A DNA stretch of 63,386 nucleotides, filler included, from Collodictyon triciliatum (Eukaryota), in the NCBI GenBank assembly GCA_043381765.1. It is 29 parts of 29 records of this genome, joined end to end, with 100 filler letters (N's around TTAATTAATTAA, not from the genome) between each part and the next. Parts side by side here need not be neighbours in the genome. Positions count along the whole stretch, not along the records: positions 13,175 to 15,266 come from JBHJMP010009530.1; positions 15,367 to 17,457 come from JBHJMP010009531.1; positions 17,558 to 19,643 come from JBHJMP010009532.1; positions 19,744 to 21,833 come from JBHJMP010009533.1; positions 21,934 to 24,021 come from JBHJMP010009534.1; positions 24,122 to 26,211 come from JBHJMP010009535.1; positions 26,312 to 28,401 come from JBHJMP010009536.1; 22 more parts are not named here. One strand, given 5' to 3'. The position numbers and the translations under genes were made by a program. The notes beneath the pieces were generated by a model, which was given only the letters and a program-made list of their open reading frames with translations, was not told where the DNA came from and ran no database searches. Below, piece after piece: positions 13,601-27,434 of the stretch (the first letter of the stretch is position 1; the number at the start of each line of letters is the position of its first letter).

Positions 13601-15382
13601 AGCCATACGAGGTACCCCAAGTAGGAAAGAATGAAGTCCCGAACAAAACACGTTGTGGGTTGCATATAATTGTTTAGGATTATATACATTTTATCTAGTT
13701 TATTATAATTTAATTATTTAATTGAAATATACGTATACATGCTAAATAATATATGAAAATATTTTATATTCCATAATTGTCTAATTATTCGGAGAATAGT
13801 TTCAATAAACGGCGTTTTTGCTGGTTGGTGTAATGAATTAGGTGACACTTCGCGATTTCAGAATATAGAAGTCTTTCGACTGAACATCATGCCACAGCCA
13901 TCCACGCGCTTGAAAGAAGACATCGCTTTGTGGGCAACAGTGAATCAAATGTGTGTGATTTAATACTAGGGTAAGGGAGGTCGTCAATACCTATGTGCTT
14001 CATCGTCCTTTTTTTTCTAGCAGATAACAAGAATGATTCACATTAAGAGGCTCCAAGGAGGATAGGCGCCCTTAGAAAGTTGTACAAAGTTCCATTACCT
14101 CGATGACACATTTCTTCCGAAAAAATAATCATGTTTACCAAAAAAACAAGTCCCTATCAGAGTGAATCCCGCCTTTGATATATGTCCAGGGAGAATGTGT
14201 CGCTGTCAAGTTACTCATAAATATCTAGTATATTATATTCGTATCTCCTGGATACAGAAATATACGCACTACATCCCAAGAGAAAATCCTTTCAGGGTAG
14301 TGGTACTTGGTAGTTTCTTCTTCATGGAATCGTCTTTTATAGTAATTCTCCTGAATCAGGGCATCTAATGAGATGTTTTTTTATTTCTTCCTTGGGCCGC
14401 ATAATCGCATACACCCCGATGTCACTTTTAGATCATTTTAAACTCTGGGTTGTGTTACAAATTTTTGCTCTAACATGTGGATACGCCGATGGTGCTGGTG
14501 CATTGGGAATCATGGTTGCCAAACATACAATTGTAAGTTTTTTTCTTTGACAGAGCTCATCTCTGCAACTTATCTTTGTAAAATTGGTGTTATATGCGCG
14601 TGGCCTTCGTTGAATCTTGTGTTAAATAATTCAAGCGAGGCATAGCAAAGTGCATTTGAGACTGATTCAGAACCATTCTATGGCTATTGGAAAAAGTTCA
14701 AAGACGCGCTAACGCTATTGATTTCCTAACTACCAGATAATTGTGAGGTGAAGCAGAAATGGATTTGATGGCACCAATTATTGAAGCAACAACATCGATG
14801 CGACGCCTCCTATCCATTCTTCTTATATAATGGGGGCTCACATACATTCTTTTCTCTTTGATATTCTTTCTTCCTTTGAGGGCACTCGCATGCTGGTCGA
14901 GATTCTTTAATCAAAAGGGTGGCGAAAACAACAGCAAAAGCATTCTCCGTTCCAAAGTTTCATCAAGTGTAATTTCCAGAAATATCAAAATTAATTGAAT
15001 ATTACATTTTTGAATTGGCATGGATTCACCCGACCACTGCCAACACTTGCGAGCAACCAACCAGAGACTTTCCATAAATCCCCACCACTGGGAAAAGCCC
15101 AGGCAATACGTTTATGATGCGGGAATTAAGGTAACTCTAGGATTGAAAGAAAAACGAACTCCAAGGCACAGAAAAGAAAAGAAAAGAAAAGAAAAGAAAA
15201 GAAAAGAAAAGAAAAGAAAAGAAAAGAAAAGAAAAGAAAAGAAAAGAAAAGAAAAGAAAAGAAAAGNNNNNNNNNNNNNNNNNNNNNNNNNNNNNNNNNN
15301 NNNNNNNNNNTTAATTAATTAANNNNNNNNNNNNNNNNNNNNNNNNNNNNNNNNNNNNNNNNNNNNCAAAAACAAAAAAACA

Positions 15383-15413
<31 letters not shown>

Positions 15414-15517
15414 CAAAACAAAACAAAACAAAACAAAACAAAACAAAACAAAAAACAAAACAAAAAACAAAACAAAAAACAAAACAAAAACAAAAAACAA
15501 AACAAAAAACCTGTCAG

Positions 15518-17204
15518 TCGGCCCCGAAGCCTGCCGCACCAGCAACAACACCAGCACCTGCCGCAGTGTCGGCCACTCCATCCACCCCGGTCGTGTCCAC
15601 ACAGACAGCGGCACCCGTTGCCCAGTCTACTCCTGCAAGACCGCAGCCGACTGAGTAGGCCCATTTCTTGTACCATCATGATGATAATCAAAATCAATAT
15701 CATCACCATTATCTTTATCAATAATTTCTCCAAGATAAGAGGGTTTGCGTTTCACCATCACCACCATCATCAAAAACCTAATTCCTCTATCAAAGCCTCT
15801 ACAGCCAAGCTGCCTCTCAGTTTGTTGACCGAAGTGGGGTGGAAGAAACTGTTGTCCGCATCATGGAGCTTGGTTACGAGCGCGATCAGGTAAACCAATT
15901 TTTTCTATTCTATTTTAGCCAATCAAATATACTGCTATCAACACGGGGGAAATTAAAAATAATATGGAAGCCTGAGATCAAAACAAAGTTCTTGTAAAAA
16001 AAAACTGTCTCGTTTGTTCGTAAATTCAAGGTACTGCAAGCACTCCGCCTTAGCTATAACAATCCCGACCGCGCAGTGGAATATCTGATGACTGTATGTC
16101 ACAACCATCACAACCATCACAACCATCACAACCATCACAACCATCACAACCATCACAACCACCACAATTGCAATCACAATGGCGAATACAGGGAATGCCT
16201 GAAGCCCAAGATCTACCAGCAAATCCGGTCCAGACACGCCCTGCCCGTCCTGCTGCTCCAACAGCAACACCCGTATCCACACCTGCTGCCACTGGTGCAC
16301 CAATCCTACCTTTTGGCAACACACAAATCCCTGCCAACCCACCCACAGGGACTGCAGTTGCTCCCGGAACCGGCAACCTAGAGTTTCTGCGTAATCACCC
16401 GGTGTTCAATCAAATCCGAACAGCTGTGCAGCAGAATCCCCAGGTTGCCCGATCGTGTCTTAATTAAGATCCTCACTATCGTCCCCCGATTGCTTTACAT
16501 TATACGCACCGATGTTAACATATGGTCATACGATCGGCTTTGGTATTCTTCTACACTCCTTTAAAGGTTATTATCGATGTATTTGTGTGCGCAGATGATT
16601 GACCCGATTCAACCTCGCCTAGATACTGCCAAACATTCTCCAAATGATTGCGACGCAGAATCCTGGATTGTTCCAGCAAATCAGCCAGAACCAACAGGAG
16701 TTTATGGATATGCTCGAGGAAACGGGTACAGGAGGCCAATATGACCCACTTGCGGCTTTGGAGGATAGCCTGCAGCTGACCCAGCAGGACAAGGAGGCTA
16801 TTGACCGGGTACCGCCTTTATCTCTTTTCCTGCTTTTCTTCCAACATTAGCACTAATTATTCATTATCCATATGTTTCCTGCCAACATCTCCACTATCCT
16901 GCACAAAATTGAAAGGAAGAATAAAAAAAAAATTATCCATATGTTTCCTCACGCAATCTTGGTTGTGTAGTTGGAGGGACTCGGTTTCGATCGTGCGCAA
17001 GTTATTCAAGTGTACATCGCTTGCGACAAGGTAATCGGACAGTTTTTTCGCATCGCTTTTCCTCTAATACATATTTTGATATATTCAGATGCCTTCTTTC
17101 CTCTTTCTACTTCAGTAATAACCAGGATCTTGACTTAATTGATTGTATTTCTATAGAACGAACAAGCAGCTGCAAACATTCTCTTTGAAAGTGATGATAA
17201 CTAA
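15518..17204 (+). CDS. RAD23: UV excision repair / ubiquitin receptor RAD23 (UBA1, XPC-binding, UBA2; UBL exon outside contig)
   Basis: IMELGYERDQ|VLQALRLSYNNPDRAVEYLMT, LEFLRNHPVFNQIRTAVQQNPQ, QLTQQDKEAIDR|LEGLGFDRAQVIQVYIACDK|NEQAAANILFESDDN*. Confidence 0.95.
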
Positions 17205-17411
17205 ACTGACCTTCAAATATATTTCACTTCGACTCGCTGTATATGCATATGAAGTTACAAACATTCCATCTACTAGCCCCACACACAATGCCCAAATCAA
17301 CAAACAAACAAACAAACAAACAAACAAACAAACAAACAAACAAACAAACAAACAAACAAACAAACAAACAAACAAACAAACAAACAAACAAGAAGGCCAT
17401 CCTTTCTTTAC

Positions 17412-17457
<46 letters not shown>

Positions 17458-17864
17458 NNNNNNNNNNNNNNNNNNNNNNNNNNNNNNNNNNNNNNNNNNN
17501 NTTAATTAATTAANNNNNNNNNNNNNNNNNNNNNNNNNNNNNNNNNNNNNNNNNNNNAAATAGAAAGGAAAAAAAAAATTAAAAAAAAAATAAGTGTCAG
17601 ATTCCTCATGTCGCATTGTAATCTTCAAAAAAAAAAAAAAAAGCAAAAGCAAAAGCACCACTCCGTTGCAGAATTAGATACTACTATGCAATGAAACTTT
17701 ATCCTCTTTTCTTAATAAAATGATATAGTAAAATCAGTTAGAATATGTGGCTTATTTGTGAGGGATGATTTAACGCATTCAGCCAGTGTTGATTTCTGTA
17801 TGGTTTTATTTCATGTTTATTTTGTTTCGTCTTTTTTAGAGTAGGCGGTGGTTTGGAGTCGCAC

Positions 17865-18059
17865 TTATTTAGCTCCCTTGTTCAGCTTTTCGGTGATTTC
17901 TTTGCGCTTCTCGTAGATACGTTTCTCATCCATTTCCTTCACGCGAAGAAGGTATCTGTAAAGGGTGACATTAATAGCTGACCGATTAATGATGAAGAAA
18001 GCGAATGCGACGATCATAACAAAGAATATAAATAACACAAAAAACTCAGATACCTCCAC

Positions 18060-18147
<88 letters not shown>

Positions 18148-18740
18148 AATACCCCCAAAAAAAAAAAAAAAAAAACTGAGAAGGGTTTAACGAAAACTGA
18201 ACGACGTCAAACATAGACCTCAAAATGAAAATATAAAATTGAGGAGAGGAACATTAGAAGAACGCGACCCTTACTCTTCGAACTGGCAGCGCTCATAAGA
18301 ATGTCTCTCATCCTCACACTTCCAGGGATAGTAGTTTGTCTTCTTACGGCACTCGTTCAGGGGGATCAGGAGGTGGACGCAGTGATCGCGAAAGGCAACG
18401 GGGATTTGGTGCGCATCCATGGTTTCCATAGAGACAGGGAGGTCTTAAGAGATTTATGGTAAGTTTTGTTGCAGCTCACTCTCATCGAGACTCAAGAGGC
18501 AAAAGAAATGGAAGCAGAAAAGAAACAGAAAATAGAAAAGGCAAAGGCAAAGGCAAAGGCAAAGGCAAAGGCAAAGGCAAAGGCAAAGGCAAAGGCAATC
18601 AAAAATAGTTATTCGAAACCTCGGTTTTCCTTTGGAGGAAGGACTTCTCCTTCAGCCAATGGGCGGTACTTGTCGGGGCGGTAGGTAGAAGTCATTATTT
18701 CGCTAGTACTGTTTGAAGGACAATGGTCAGGGTTCCCCAT
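17865..18740 (-). CDS. NDUFB7: Mitochondrial complex I subunit B18 (NDUFB7), 3 exons
   Basis: MGNPDHC...; ETMDAHQIPVAFRDHCVHLLIPLNECRKKTNYYPWKCEDERHSYERCQFEEYLLRVKEM (twin CX9C). Confidence 0.9.
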
Positions 18741-20009
18741 GGATTGCGTCAGTCATTTTGTTATAGTTGTAAGGAGTAATAGAAAGAAGGCTTTATCCCA
18801 GGCGCAGGGACAGGGCTTTGATCAAAAGCAACGAGGGGGAGAGGACGAAAAAATAGAAAAGGGAAAAAGCCCGGCGTCCTTAGCCTTTCGTCTGGAGGCA
18901 AATGTGTTAGCGTATGTACTTCAGGGAGAATATTCGATCAGAGTATCAATGTTTGGGATGTTGTGCCACCAGCTTTTGGAGGAAATCTCTGGCGAAAGTC
19001 TGCGTCCCGTCTCGAAAGGCCAGACAGCGCTTGTGTATGTAAAAATTGATTTCCGTTTGATCAAATGGTCGAGATGCTTGGTGTTCTGATCAAATCAGTG
19101 ATGATAACATACTAAAGTGGAATGAAAGGTCGAAAGCCAGCCACCGAGAGGGAGGAATCAGATCCAACAGCAAGGGCACCGCAGAATCGGGGCTTGGTGA
19201 GATAAGGTCCGCTATGATGGGGATGTGAGGCCCATGTAACATCCTAGTTATTATGAAGTATATAATACACCGTTCTTCGCTTTAAATACTTTTTCTTTCG
19301 GCTGAAGAACCAAAGGCGGTAAATTACACAGATTCTCCGCAATTCTCGATGGCCGTGGCGTACTCTAAGCTGTTTCGATATAAAATCATCAGTCCGAATC
19401 CCTACAGACTGGAGAAGATGAGTCGTTGGGCCGAAACTATAGGCATTATTTTTTTTTTCCTTTATTCGATTCAAAGTGTAGCGAGGTTATGCCATACAAA
19501 GGGGCGGGATGGGAGCGCATGGGAGAGAGCAAACGCGGGTAGGGGAAGACACTACCGTGGAGAGGGTAGCACTGGAAAGAAGTCAGTGATAGCGAGTTGG
19601 TCAGGTGGGCGTCCCAACTGGTTGATTGGTTGCGTGGGTAGCANNNNNNNNNNNNNNNNNNNNNNNNNNNNNNNNNNNNNNNNNNNNTTAATTAATTAAN
19701 NNNNNNNNNNNNNNNNNNNNNNNNNNNNNNNNNNNNNNNNNNNAATAAAACAAAAATAAAACAAAAATAAAACAAAAATAAAACAAAAATAAAACAAAAA
19801 TAAAACAAAAATAAAACAAAAATAAAACAAAAATAAAACAAATATAAAACAAATATAAAACAAATATAAAACAAATATAAAACAAATATAAAACAAATAT
19901 AAAACAAAAATAAAACAAATACAAAATAACAACAAAAAACAAAAAAAAAGTGAAGGTCCCAGTAAGACTCTGTCCAATGAACCAGAAGAGCGGAGGAGAA
20001 AGGAAATTA

Positions 20010-21690
20010 GAAACCTCAGAGTTTTCCAGGTCGTCCATTGGCAAGAAATCAGCGTCGCTCTTCTCGTCTCTGCCGATCAAAAAGCAGGTTCAATACACTT
20101 TTTGAAGCACACTTAATGCCGACTTTATTACCGACACCCAAGCATATTCTCTCCTGTTTTATATCCTGGTTGGTTGAGACTCGAGAGATGGCCGCATCTC
20201 CGTGGAGGGAAACCTTCTTCAGCTTTTGCCCATCTGCTTCTTTCATAATCACGGCTTCGATCATTTGGAAATCGTGCTGTTTGTTTGGATCTGTGGTAAC
20301 GGCAACAGACAAACGAACCCAAATGCGGCATAACGACGCACCGTATATCAAGTATGGGATTTGGTGTCCTTTTATAGTATGGGTTCGCAGCTACTTCGCC
20401 CTCGTCTGTGTGCTTGCGGCGTCGAGTCGGGCTTGGTGGTTTCTGTGTGGTTGGTGGTCAGCATCATCTTTCTTTTCTTTTCTTTCAGATTTCAGAAGGG
20501 AGAGAATGCAGACTGAATACGCGCATGTGAGTCTTATTGGCTGGATGTGATTGAAAATCTGGATATACCTCATCTGTTCGGAGTACTGCGAAAGAATGGC
20601 GGGAATTGGCTCCTGCACAAAAGTCATTCTTTAGCAAAAGCAAAAGCAAAAGCAAAAGCAAAAGAACGAAAAGAATTTGCCTTCATTCATCATAAGCATC
20701 TTTCTATTTTGCAAATGTTGCAAAATCTCACCAGCTCGACAATAATCTCCTCTCTTCTGGATGATAATTTACGGACAAACGCCGCAAGTTCAGCAAGCTT
20801 CATCTTGTCAGCACGGGCGTCTGCGCTGTTTGGATCACTTGCAGATTTTACTCTTTGGGTGAGAACTTTCATCTAAACAGGAAGCATAAAATGTTAATTG
20901 ATTACAAATAATAAATAAAAATAAATAATAGTAATTCAATTATCAATAATACCAAATATCACAATATATACTAAAGGAAATAGCAATAATATAATCTTGG
21001 AAGTATATAACACAAAATGAAATCACCTCTTCGGCACGTTTTTTGAGGGTCTCCTGTATCTGTGCCTTTTCCCTGTTGAGCAATACGTACTTTGCATTCA
21101 ACTCATCCGATTTCTCTGTCAGTTGTGATAGTTGTGCTTGCAAGAATTTCAAGTATTTATCCGCACCCTTAATTCGTGGATTGGGTTGTGTTGCGTTAGC
21201 GACAAAGAAGATTCTTGACAGATCAAACAAAGTCAAGCCACTGCATGCAGCGTCTTTCAAACCGTGTCTTTTTATTTGTATTTTAGTGCTGTTGATAAAA
21301 CAAAATATCATACGTCATCAGCCTGAGCGGGCTCCTGTAGCTTCCTTTGCTTCTCTTTCTCGATCGCATCCAGTTCTTCAATTCTTCTTCTGGACTCATC
21401 TTCGGTTGTCTATTGATAAAAAAAAGAAGGATAACTGTCTAATCATTTGATTTAATTTCCAATTAGAAAACAAATGGAAGCAAACGTCATTTTGTGCTTT
21501 GGTTACAAACAAATCAAAGGTTTTGTACATACCTTCCCCGAAGCAATTCTGGTCTCCAGGTCGTCGAGATATTTGACAAGATTTTGTGGCAGCAAGGCTT
21601 CTGTGTCACGTTTCAAGCCTCGCAATATTGTGCTCATGTGGTATTCGTGGTCATAAATGGTACTTCCAGACACAGCCCGAGTTGATATTA
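20010..21690 (-). CDS. Hypothetical multi-exon coiled-coil protein, partial
   Basis: Several exon-like open segments with heptad character (YLKFLQAQLSQLTEKSDELNAKYVLLNREKAQIQETLKKRAEE). No family recognised; boundaries approximate. Confidence 0.4.
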
Positions 21691-21736
21691 GGGACTAGTG
21701 GTAATAATTACATCGTCACTTATAAAAAATATGTTT

Positions 21737-21833
<97 letters not shown>

Positions 21834-22045
21834 NNNNNNNNNNNNNNNNNNNNNNNNNNNNNNNNNNNNNNNNNNNNTTAATTAATTAANNNNNNNNNNN
21901 NNNNNNNNNNNNNNNNNNNNNNNNNNNNNNNNNTTTGTTTGTTTTTTTGTTTGTTTTTTTGTTTGTTTTTTGTTTGTTTTTTGTTTGTTTTTTTGTTTGT
22001 TTTTTGTTGTTGTTGGTTGTTTGTTTTCTTTGCTTTTAAGCCTAC

Positions 22046-23686
22046 CAGGTGTTTGTGTGCCCTAGGGACATGCTTCTCCAAAAGATTATTGTATATAGAC
22101 AAGTACACAAAGACCCCAGGCATACCAGTAAGGCACATTCCTCTGAAATTATAAATGGACTGAGGGTTTAAAAGCTTGGTCAATAGCCAGAAAGCCTCCT
22201 AAATTAACAAACAGGATGGATTTCACATGTTAAAAAAATATAGTCTATCATAAAAAAAAACCATCTACAGCTAAGTAATAGGAAAGATAATATGTGGATA
22301 CATGATTAGAATCGTAAGGAATGATTGAAAATCTTTTGACAAACAAATTAATTCATTGACGCAGGTTATCAATCAGAATAATCATATTTTAATCATGTAG
22401 GTGGCTTAGATAGGTTTTTTTGTAAAGAAGCTTTCTTAGATGAACTCACCTCCTCAGTCATATAAATTAGGAATAATCCAGAGATGAATCCCATCCCCTG
22501 GCAATACCCCACCTCCTGGTCGTAATTTGCATATGCACGTAGGACTCTGAAGAGTGCCCTGGGAGCATTACGGAGTAAAAGTAAGTGGATGGTTTATAAT
22601 TTCATATTTGCCATCGAATGATTTAAAATGGTCCCAATAATGTGATACATAGATAGATAGATAGACATACTGCTCTCCTTGCTTAATTATTAAATTTGAT
22701 GGAAAAGTCCTTCGTATGTCTCTATCTATTTCCTCATCCACAGTTGATTTCTCGCCGGCCAACTCCTTCATTAAAACATTCATAGTGGTTGTTTTTTAGA
22801 TTGAAGATACTCGAAAGGGGAACAGCATTCATTGCAGTCTATCGATTCAGTTTGGGGTTTTATGCACTTGATGTTCAAAATATAAGAGGCATCAGAATTA
22901 GTGTTGACAATCGAAGTTTCCAGATGGCTAGGGATATGGGCGTATCCCTTCAAATAAAAACGCTCACTTTAAACTTCATGGGGTCCTCTGCGAGCATATG
23001 TCCCAAGCGAAGGATTTTTTGCCAAGCCTTCGCTCTCACTCGATCAGGCAAACCTTTTCGAAGTCTTTCTAATACCTACAATAGCATTTTGCGCTCTTAA
23101 TTCTTCAGGATGAAGTTAAGAGACCATGAGGGACAGAATAGCATATCAAAGTGATTCTTCTTTCCGTCCAAAAAAGAAAAGAATAACAAGATTAGGTGTA
23201 TTCATAAGTGGCCATTGGTGTTGGGGAAGTGTTTGATAGGATATATACGAGTAGCGATAGATAGTCAAATATATGAAGAAGGACCTTTTTTGGCTTCTTT
23301 TCAACAAAGCTGTCCCAGTCATCAAACATTTTAATCCATTTCATTTCTCGTCTAGCTTCTGTTTCCATCTCTTTCTTCTTTCTTCGTTTATCTTGGCTCG
23401 TAGTGCTGGGTGATTCCTTTCTATGATAGAGTTAAGTAAAAAAAAGTGCTTGAGACCAGTAAGCTTGTGGGTTATATGGTGATTGGCTCGCGCAAAAGGA
23501 AGTTGTGGAAGAGAAAACACAGAAGGAAGGACGGGAACGTGGGAGTCACAAAAAGATATGAACTCACTCCTCCTCCGCAAATCCGTAACGATCGTAACGA
23601 ATTCCAGAGTTACTTTGGGAGTCTAAGGCTGCATCAGCGCTCGAAGATCCGTTTCCTGTGCTTGGGGAACCGCTCGCGTGCGACAT
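22046..23686 (-). CDS. TBC-domain Rab GAP (USP6NL/TBC1D10/EVI5-like), 5' part
   Basis: ATG 23686; YDRYGF, RLRKGLPDRVRAKAW, EIDRDIRRTFP, VGYCQGMGFI, EAFWLL motifs across exons. Confidence 0.9.
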
Positions 23687-24121
23687 GAAGGAAACTGTGT
23701 CTGTCGGTGTCAATCACTAAGATAAATACACATAGAATGATCGGACGAATATTCCAGTCGCATAAATAAGCCTCGACGCGGGGCTGGAAGAAAGGAAAGA
23801 GAAATATTTATTCTGCCCAGCGCAAGGGTGGCTTTGGCGTGAGCTAAAAGGCACTCAATTCTAAAGAGCACATATCCTTAACTCATAAAGGATTAATGGA
23901 GCTAAAGTAGAAATTTTTCTGTATTTTTTTGTTTTTTGTTTTTTGTTTTTTGTTTTTTGTTTTTTGTTTTTTGTTTTTTGTTTTTTGTTTTTTGTTTTTT
24001 GTTTTTTGTTTTTTGTTTTTTNNNNNNNNNNNNNNNNNNNNNNNNNNNNNNNNNNNNNNNNNNNNTTAATTAATTAANNNNNNNNNNNNNNNNNNNNNNN
24101 NNNNNNNNNNNNNNNNNNNNN

Positions 24122-26177
24122 ACGAAAGAGTAGACACTGAGCTTCATGAAATGCTGGAGACAAAGGGAGTTGTCAATTTGTTCGACCTTGTGATGAGTCG
24201 CTGGGAAAAGAAATACGGTTTTGTGATACATCTAAAGTGGTTCTTTTAATATGATTTTATTGATTTATATGCAATTTTAGGAAAATATATTGTCCGTCTG
24301 TCCATCAGTGTTATTTATGTGTCGCGCATCGGTCTTGATGAAAACGAGCTGGACAAATACATGGAGCATCGACTTAACCAAACTCATATGCAAATCAACC
24401 ATGCAACCTGGTATATCGATTCCTGTCATATAATTCATATTTATCACTTTTGATAAATCGTATTTTTTATTTTAGGACATCTTTTCTTTTTGTCTTGCTG
24501 GATTCGCTCTTTGTGAGGAACGGGAGGTGATATGGTATTCATATGTTTCGATGGTCGTAATTGCTAATCACGATATCTTTATTAGATACGCGTTCTCTCA
24601 CCAGCTGCTGACACAATCCATCAAAGAGCGATACTTTAAGGATGAAGCATACACAAAAAGGGAAGCACGTGAATATGGATTGTGGCTGCTGGGTGAATAT
24701 GGCTCTGACACTGAAGACAAGAGTGTTGTTGCCGAAATATGCCACAATCTGAGGATTTCGAGCAAATATGACAGACTGGTGGACTTTATGAAGAATGAAA
24801 AGGTTAGATTGTGGATTTTATTATTATTTTTGTGGCATGTGTTGTAATGTGGTTTTTAGGTTGTTGTGAGCATGCTGGATGGCAACTATCGCTTCGAGTT
24901 TTATGAATGCTGGAGAGAGCTGAATAAGAACGGATATGACCACAAAGTCGTCTATCGTGAGTTGGCCAAGGTGATAAAACTTAATTACATATGTCAATAT
25001 TGAATTTATTTTAATGGGTATGCACAACAGCAACTGAATCCTGCTGGCTCTGCGCTGGTTGATTACTTTCGACAAACACAAGAGAATGCCTTTTTGATTC
25101 CGATTCTTGAGCACCGCATTTCTGTTGAGACGGATGAAGGTTTGATCATTTGATTTGAGTTTTTGTGACAGTGTTGCTGACTTTGGTTTATCTATATTAG
25201 GTTCAAATAGCAAAAATCTGAATTATCTGGGTATTGTTTATCGTCAACTTGGAAAGTATGATTTATTTAATTATGTATATTTACATTTATCATTTAATTG
25301 GCTTATTATTTAATAGGAATGACAAAGCCCTAGAGTACTACCACAATTCATTGGAAATTCAACTGAAAGTGTTCGGAGAGATACACCCAGACGTTGCCAC
25401 TTCATATAATAATATTGGGATAGTTTACTATAACCTTGGAAAGTATGTTCTATTTGATTATATATTAATGTGTATCCTTTCGTTAACTTATTATTTAATA
25501 GAAATGATAAAGCCCTTGAATACTATCACAAATCAGTGGAGATTAAGCTGAAGGTGTTTGGAGAAGTACACCCTGATGTTGCCGCCTCATATAACAATAT
25601 TGGGATAGTTTACAGTGACCTTGGAAAGTATGTTCTATTTGATTATATATTAATGTGTATCCTTTCGTTAACTCATTATCTAACAGGAATGACAAAGCTC
25701 TGGAATACTACCACAAATCATTGGATATTCGACTGAAAGTATTTGGAGAAGTCCACCCTGAAGTCGCTGGGTCATATATGGGAATTGGAAACGTTTACGG
25801 TGACCTCGGAAAGTATCTTTTATTTGACTACGTATTTATGCTTATCCTTTCATTAATATATTATTTAATAGGCATGATAAAGCTCTGGAGTACTACCACA
25901 AATCATTGGAAATCCGACTGAAAGTGTTTGGAGAAGTGCACCCTGATGTCGCCGCTTTATATAATAATATTGGAATGGATTACGATGACCTTGGAAAGTA
26001 TCTTTTATTTTATTATTGTATATTTATATTCATTAATGTATTATTTAATAGACATGACGAAGCTCTGGAATTCTTTCACAAGTCATTGGAAATCCGACTG
26101 AAAGTGTTTGGAGAAGTCCACCCTGGTGTTGCCACTTCATATAATAATATTGGAGGCGTTTACAATAACCTTGGAAA
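24122..26177 (+). CDS. NPHP3/TTC41-like (STAND-associated helical region + kinesin-light-chain-type TPRs) protein, partial; five 126-nt TPR exons at 25317, 25502, 25687, 25872, 26052
   Basis: IYVSRIGLDENEL and YAFSHQLLTQSIKERY segments, then 42-aa repeats DKALEYYHKSLEIRLKVFGEVHPDVATSYNNIG.VY.DLGK, each on its own exon. Confidence 0.85.
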
Positions 26178-26311
26178 GTATCTTTTGTTATTGTATATTT
26201 ATGTTTATCATNNNNNNNNNNNNNNNNNNNNNNNNNNNNNNNNNNNNNNNNNNNNTTAATTAATTAANNNNNNNNNNNNNNNNNNNNNNNNNNNNNNNNN
26301 NNNNNNNNNNN

Positions 26312-27434
26312 AGAGGCACTTGTCGAGATATTGGAGGACTATCTCGAAGAGGTCTCTGGCATCATCATAGCGACAGGTGGAACCGTGGTCGACTTTATCG
26401 GCGATGCGGTTGTGGTTAGTAAATTTTATGTGACATTTATTCTAGTCTTTCAATCGAATAAAGGGAAAATATTGAAACTTATTTTATATGGAAAATGAAT
26501 CATAGACAGCTTCGAATGCATTTTTATTTTTATTTTTATGAATAGGCTATATGGAACGCGCCAACCGATGTGCCTGACCACGCCTTATGTGCCTGCATTT
26601 GTGCCGTTCGATACACTGTGAGTAAAGCATCCATGCTGGCTAAATATTCATCAATATTACACATAATAATACTCTAAATTCTACACCAAAATAAAAATAA
26701 AGCGCGTCTTGGGAGAGCTCAACAATAAGTGGCTTTCAAAAAGACTGATTAAAGAGCCTCTCAATGTCCGTATCGGAATACATACGGGTCCGGTCTATGC
26801 TGGTAACATCGGGTCTTCAAAGAGAATGAAATATGACTCTATCGGAGATAGCATGAACTTGGCGTCAAGGTGCAGAAATATTCTTCATGTCATATGAGCT
26901 GCTATCATATTTATGTGAAATGATGTTTGTGAGCTATTCCGTGATTGATGTCTTGCGCTTAGGCTCGAAGGATTGAACAAGCGATACAAGACAAATATCA
27001 TCATAAGCGAGGAGACACGCAGCTCCATCCAGCCGCGCATGATATCAAGACCGCTGGAATATGTGGTGGTCAAAGGAAAGTGAGTTCACGACGAAACGAA
27101 CACATGAAATCGAGCAATTATAGAAGTCTCTATTAGTCAGTACATTTTTAATGCTAAACAATATCGCTATAGAACAAGCCGCACACAAATTCATGAGCTG
27201 CTTGCCGACACTCAAGAAAGTGGGGAGCAAGAAATCAGCAAATCAAACTCCAAGCAAAACGCGTCCATGCCGTTCCAGCACTTCACTCAAATGACAAGCG
27301 CCCAGAAAAATGACGCGATAAGCCATTTGAGCGACTACTGCGATACTAATCCAGTTGATAGACCGATGAAAGTACTGCTGGGGATTGTGAGTGCTCCGAA
27401 CTATGACGGTGTAACTGTTTTGGACGAAAAGTAG
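26312..27434 (+). CDS. Class III adenylate/guanylate cyclase catalytic domain and C-terminus (bacterial-like WNAP type), multi-exon
   Basis: GGTVVDFIGDAVV|AIWNAP, VRIGIHTGPVYAGNIGS, KYDSIGDSMNLASR|LEGLNK, VVVKGK, ...VLDEK*. Confidence 0.92.

Noticed and set aside
16097-16172. (CACAACCAT)n encoding HHN, SQP or CDG repeat proteins
   Set aside because: It lies inside a RAD23 intron and is a simple repeat.
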